Part shown: piece after piece, positions 60,675-64,000 of the stretch
How positions within the stretch are numbered: position 1 is the first letter of the stretch
Layout of the letters: every line of letters begins with the position of its first letter
Assembly (NCBI GenBank): GCA_963764165.1
Contig: CAVXRD010000004.1
Span: 128,001 to 192,000, forward strand
Direction: 5' to 3'
DNA: 64,000 bases
Origin: an uncultured Verrucomicrobiae bacterium
GTDB lineage: Bacteria; Verrucomicrobiota; Verrucomicrobiia; Limisphaerales; Palsa-1400
Translations under genes and position numbers: made by a program
The notes under the pieces: model-generated
Told to the model about the DNA's origin: nothing
Databases searched by the model: none
Seen by the model: the letters and a program-made list of their open reading frames with translations, nothing else

Positions 60675-60898
60675 TGGACGAACGGATGGAACAGCAGGCC
60701 GCGCTGCATGTCCTTGGAGCCCTGACCGAGACGGAGGCGCGCGAATTCAAGCAAGCGATGCAAGCCGATCCGGAAATCAAGGAATTTGTCGCCAGCCTGA
60801 GCAAAGCCACGGGTCCGCTGGCCGGCTCGGCGCCAATGGCACAGCCGCCGGCCCAACTGCGCGAAAGCATTCTTTCAAAGGCGCAGCCTCGGCCATAA
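60671..60898 (+). CDS. Miniature anti-sigma (RskA-type N-terminal domain only)
   Basis: AALHVLGALTETEAREF...PPAQLRESIL; overlaps the sigma stop. Confidence 0.72.
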   Translation: MMDERMEQQAALHVLGALTETEAREFKQAMQADPEIKEFVASLSKATGPLAGSAPMAQPPAQLRESILSKAQPRP

Positions 60899-60995
60899 GC
60901 GGTCATGCAAGCCGGGCCGGCCGTCTGTAATTGACACACTCCGATTCATTTGCCCTAATATCGGTGGCGTTGGGGCGCGTGCATTATAATCTGCC

Positions 60996-61514
60996 ATGAA
61001 AAGAGATACAAATAAGACAACAACATTTACTCGGCGGGCTGCCATGCGCTCGTTGGCCCTTGCTTTTGGAAGCATGGCCGCAGGAACCCGGGTGCTCGGT
61101 CAGACTCCACCTGCAAACGCCAATGCAGCCCTGACGAATCTGCATCAGGAAGGCGCCTTCAACGTGGAACCCGCGCGCCTGTATGACACTCTGCTCTCGT
61201 CCAAGGAATTCTCCGCCTTCACCAAAACGTCGGCCAAAATCGATGCTGTCGAGGGCGGCGCATTTTCGCTCTTCGGCGGATTGATCGTTGGACGCAATGT
61301 CGAGCTGACTCCCAAGACACGCATCGTCCAGGCCTGGCGCGCGGGCCACTGGGATGCGGGCTTGTATTCCATCGTAAAATTCGAACTGCGGCCGCAGGGC
61401 GCCGAAACGCTTCTTGTCTTGGATCACTGCGGTTTTCCAGCGGGCGAATACGATCACCTCCTCTCTGGTTGGAAAGCGCACTATTATGACCCGTTGAAAA
61501 AGCATTTTGCGTAG
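60996..61514 (+). CDS. SRPBCC/AHSA1 domain protein with TAT-like signal
   Basis: TRRAAMRSLALA; GGAFSLFGG, IVQAWR, GWKAHY. Confidence 0.85.
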   Translation: MKRDTNKTTTFTRRAAMRSLALAFGSMAAGTRVLGQTPPANANAALTNLHQEGAFNVEPARLYDTLLSSKEFSAFTKTSAKIDAVEGGAFSLFGGLIVGRNVELTPKTRIVQAWRAGHWDAGLYSIVKFELRPQGAETLLVLDHCGFPAGEYDHLLSGWKAHYYDPLKKHFA

Positions 61515-61691
61515 AAACCGCCCTTCCCCGCCGCTCGCTTCGCTGTGGCCGATCTCGAGCGCTTCGCAACCCTCATCAACAAAGGTCCACCAATAGACGC
61601 AAGAATCGGGTGGAACTGTCCGCATTTACGGCCATGATGCGCCGGCGGATGGCTGTAAACCCATCGCGAACAAACAGTTTTGTTTCATATT

Positions 61692-62504
61692 ATGAGCCAG
61701 GAACAGGAAAAGGATTACGTGCTCGGAACCCACGACGAGGAAATCGCGCGGCTCGGGCTTCAACATCGCGTTTGGCGGCCCATTGTCCTGGATTGCTGGC
61801 GAAACGCGGGAATTGCGAGCGGGTCCAAAGTCGTTGATGTCGGCGCCGGCCCGGGCTATGCGACGCTGGATTTGGCGGAGATCGTCGGGCCGACGGGCAA
61901 AGTGGTGGCGGTGGAGCGTTCGCGCCGGTTCACCGACGCTGCAAGGCGTTCGTGCAATTTGCCACAGGTCAAATTTCAGGAAGCGGACATCATGGATGCG
62001 GCCATAGACGCCACCGATTTCGATGCCGCGTGGTGCCGCTGGGTGGCGTGTTTTGTTTCATCGCCTGCAACCCTGGTGCGGCGGATCCGAGAGTCCCTCA
62101 AGTCGGGAGGTGTGGCCATTTTTCACGAGTATTCAAATTATGCGACGTGGCAAGTGGCTCCCCGGAAGCAAGCGGTCGAAAGCTTCGTCACGGAAGTCAT
62201 GGCAAGCTGGCGGGCGCAGGGCGGCGAACCAAACATCGCGCTCCAATTCCCCGATTTGCTAAGCGAAGCGGGCTTCACCGTAACAAGCGCGCAACCGCGC
62301 GTTTTCACAGTTGCGCCGCGCGATGAAATGTGGCGATGGCCCGCCAGCTTCATCGAAATTAATCTGACGCGCCTGCAAACTCTCGGCAGAGTAACCAGGG
62401 AATGGGCTGATGTCGTGCGGCGCGAGTTCCAGGAGGCGCAATCAAATCCCGCGACCTGGCTGACAACGCCGATGGTGTTGGAAGTCATAGCGCGCGCTGA
62501 TTGA
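61692..62504 (+). CDS. Class I SAM-dependent methyltransferase
   Basis: YVLGTHDEEIARL, VDVGAGPG. Confidence 0.88.
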   Translation: MSQEQEKDYVLGTHDEEIARLGLQHRVWRPIVLDCWRNAGIASGSKVVDVGAGPGYATLDLAEIVGPTGKVVAVERSRRFTDAARRSCNLPQVKFQEADIMDAAIDATDFDAAWCRWVACFVSSPATLVRRIRESLKSGGVAIFHEYSNYATWQVAPRKQAVESFVTEVMASWRAQGGEPNIALQFPDLLSEAGFTVTSAQPRVFTVAPRDEMWRWPASFIEINLTRLQTLGRVTREWADVVRREFQEAQSNPATWLTTPMVLEVIARAD

Positions 62505-62545
62505 GACTTTGGCGATCGATTCTACCTAGCCGAATGCCAGCGGCA

Positions 62546-63142
62546 TCAGTCATCATTCAATCCCTTTCCACTGAGGATTCGCGGCATGCACTTCTCCACC
62601 CTCGCCTCCCGGGTCTTGGATTGTTTGGCCGACGACACAAAAATCATGTATCCACGCTGCCGTCCGGGAGTTAGCGCGTGGTAAGCAGTTTTGAGCGCCG
62701 GAATCTCATCCAGCTTCCTTTGCAATTCATCGGGAATCTTGAACTCCGTGATCTTTTTATAAGTTACTTTCCGTCCCGATTTCTCCGCCTCGATAGCTTC
62801 GCGAATGTAAGCAGCCAATGTAGGTTTCCTCGCCGCTATCTCGCGGACGCTTGTGAACTTGATCCAGCGGCCAGATTGGGAATTCTCGCCGGGCGCGCTT
62901 AAAATGCCCTCCGCATCTTTCAACAACGCGCCTTTGCAATACATAAAGGCGCACGAATCCTTCAATGACATGATAACAACCATGTTGCTGTTCTGAAATG
63001 AGTAACAAGGCTTGCCCCACTTCAATTCCTCGGTCAATCCGCAGCCAAGACAGATTCCCCTCAACTTCTTCACTTCCGCCTGCCACTTTTTGGCCCTGTC
63101 CAAATACGCGTCAACCTTGGGGTTCCTTTTACTTGAGTTCAT
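62546..63142 (-). CDS. YdeI/OmpD-associated (DUF1801) protein
   Basis: EELKWGKPCY, KGALLKD, LTPGRQRGY, AKQSKTREAR, GKGLND. Confidence 0.9.
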   Translation of the reverse strand: MNSSKRNPKVDAYLDRAKKWQAEVKKLRGICLGCGLTEELKWGKPCYSFQNSNMVVIMSLKDSCAFMYCKGALLKDAEGILSAPGENSQSGRWIKFTSVREIAARKPTLAAYIREAIEAEKSGRKVTYKKITEFKIPDELQRKLDEIPALKTAYHALTPGRQRGYMIFVSSAKQSKTREARVEKCMPRILSGKGLNDD

Positions 63143-63603
63143 AGCAATTTGCCCGCCACGTCCTGCAATCGGTTATGCGCCATGTTTATTCCGTTCGGCA
63201 TTCCCATTTTTACCTGTTGGTCACGCTTGGAAGCCGACTCATATATGACACGCATGTTGAGCTTGCTTGTGCCATCAGTGAGTTTGTCAAATTCCAGGAA
63301 TTCGAGCTGCACGCCAAAGGGCATGTTTTCCATCTCAAAGGTGCGCGTGATCTTCTGGTTCTCGGCGAACTCATGGATAACCCCGTTGAAGCCGTATCTG
63401 TTTCCCCGTGGATCGGTTGTTTCAAATTGGTAACTGCCGTGCTTCCTGCTTTCGAGCTTCAACACTTTCGTCCCCATCCACTGCTCCACGATGCCGGGCT
63501 CCACATGCGCTCGGAATAGCAGCTCTAGCGGCAAATCAAATTCCCGTGTAATTACCAATTCCTGCTTGCCGTCTTCGGCGGCGATTTTTGTTTTATGTTC
63601 CAT
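63139..63603 (-). CDS. SRPBCC/AHSA1 domain protein
   Basis: ITREFDLP, ITRTFEME, NMAHNRLQ. Confidence 0.88.
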   Translation of the reverse strand: MEHKTKIAAEDGKQELVITREFDLPLELLFRAHVEPGIVEQWMGTKVLKLESRKHGSYQFETTDPRGNRYGFNGVIHEFAENQKITRTFEMENMPFGVQLEFLEFDKLTDGTSKLNMRVIYESASKRDQQVKMGMPNGINMAHNRLQDVAGKLL

Positions 63604-63613
63604 ATATCTTATT

Positions 63614-63937
63614 TTATTTTTTCGATGCGTGTTGCCTCATGACTGCCTCCAATTTATTGAAGCGTCCGTCCCATAATTTTCTGAACGACTCGATGAAATC
63701 CGCCACCTCGGTCATTTTTTTCGCGTTAATGTGATAGTAAATCTCCCTGCCCTCCTGCTCCGGCTTGAGCAATTCGCATTCGGCAAGAATTTGAATGTGC
63801 CGCGAAATGGTTTGGCGCGATGACTTGAAATGATCGGCAATGTCCCCCGGCGTCAGCGCCTGCACCGCAAGCAAAGTGAGAATTGCCCTTCGTGTGGGGT
63901 CGGCGATTGCTTGAAATACGTCTCGTCTCGATTCCAT
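63614..63937 (-). CDS. ArsR/SmtB family regulator
   Basis: [35 protein letters not shown]. Confidence 0.92.
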   Translation of the reverse strand: MESRRDVFQAIADPTRRAILTLLAVQALTPGDIADHFKSSRQTISRHIQILAECELLKPEQEGREIYYHINAKKMTEVADFIESFRKLWDGRFNKLEAVMRQHASKK

Positions 63938-63939
63938 TG

Positions 63940-63984
63940 CGCAGTTATGTGGCTGCGAATATACGCGCAGCTATTCGGCTGCGC
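63940..63984. promoter_or_regulatory. Tandem palindromic ArsR-type operators
   Basis: CGCAGTTATGTGGCTGCG and GCGCAGCTATTCGGCTGCGC immediately before the start codon. Confidence 0.72.
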
Positions 63985-64000
63985 AAGATTTATTTTGCCC

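Overview
GC-rich chromosomal window whose gene content and repeat families look like Verrucomicrobiota (Pedosphaera/Limisphaerales-like); this taxonomy is inference. It holds a tRNA-Val with housekeeping genes (trmL, truA, ruvX, lpxI, hemL, nadE, aroC), sugar catabolism genes and a complete alternative complex III operon (actABCDEF). That operon ends in a CcoN-like subunit that has lost all six metal-binding histidines, a CcoO-like cytochrome and a cytochrome c. There is also a cluster of secreted proteins (two S8 peptidases, two tandem beta-propeller paralogues), several with a shared C-terminal module, plus a furan/methyl-fatty-acid-type (ufaD/ufaO/ufaM-like) operon with a divergent ECF sigma and miniature anti-sigma. 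The most unexpected non-coding signals are two: a ~150-bp promoter/boxA-like module present twice in inverted orientation (30136-30285 and 37021-37170) and followed by helically phased repeats, and a 550-bp chimeric ECF/Y1-transposase direct repeat bracketing a low-GC orphan gene next to an IS66 remnant. Two genes (actC, DUF1295) carry single frameshifts that may be sequencing errors. All identities were counted by eye and all family calls come from motif recognition, not database searches.
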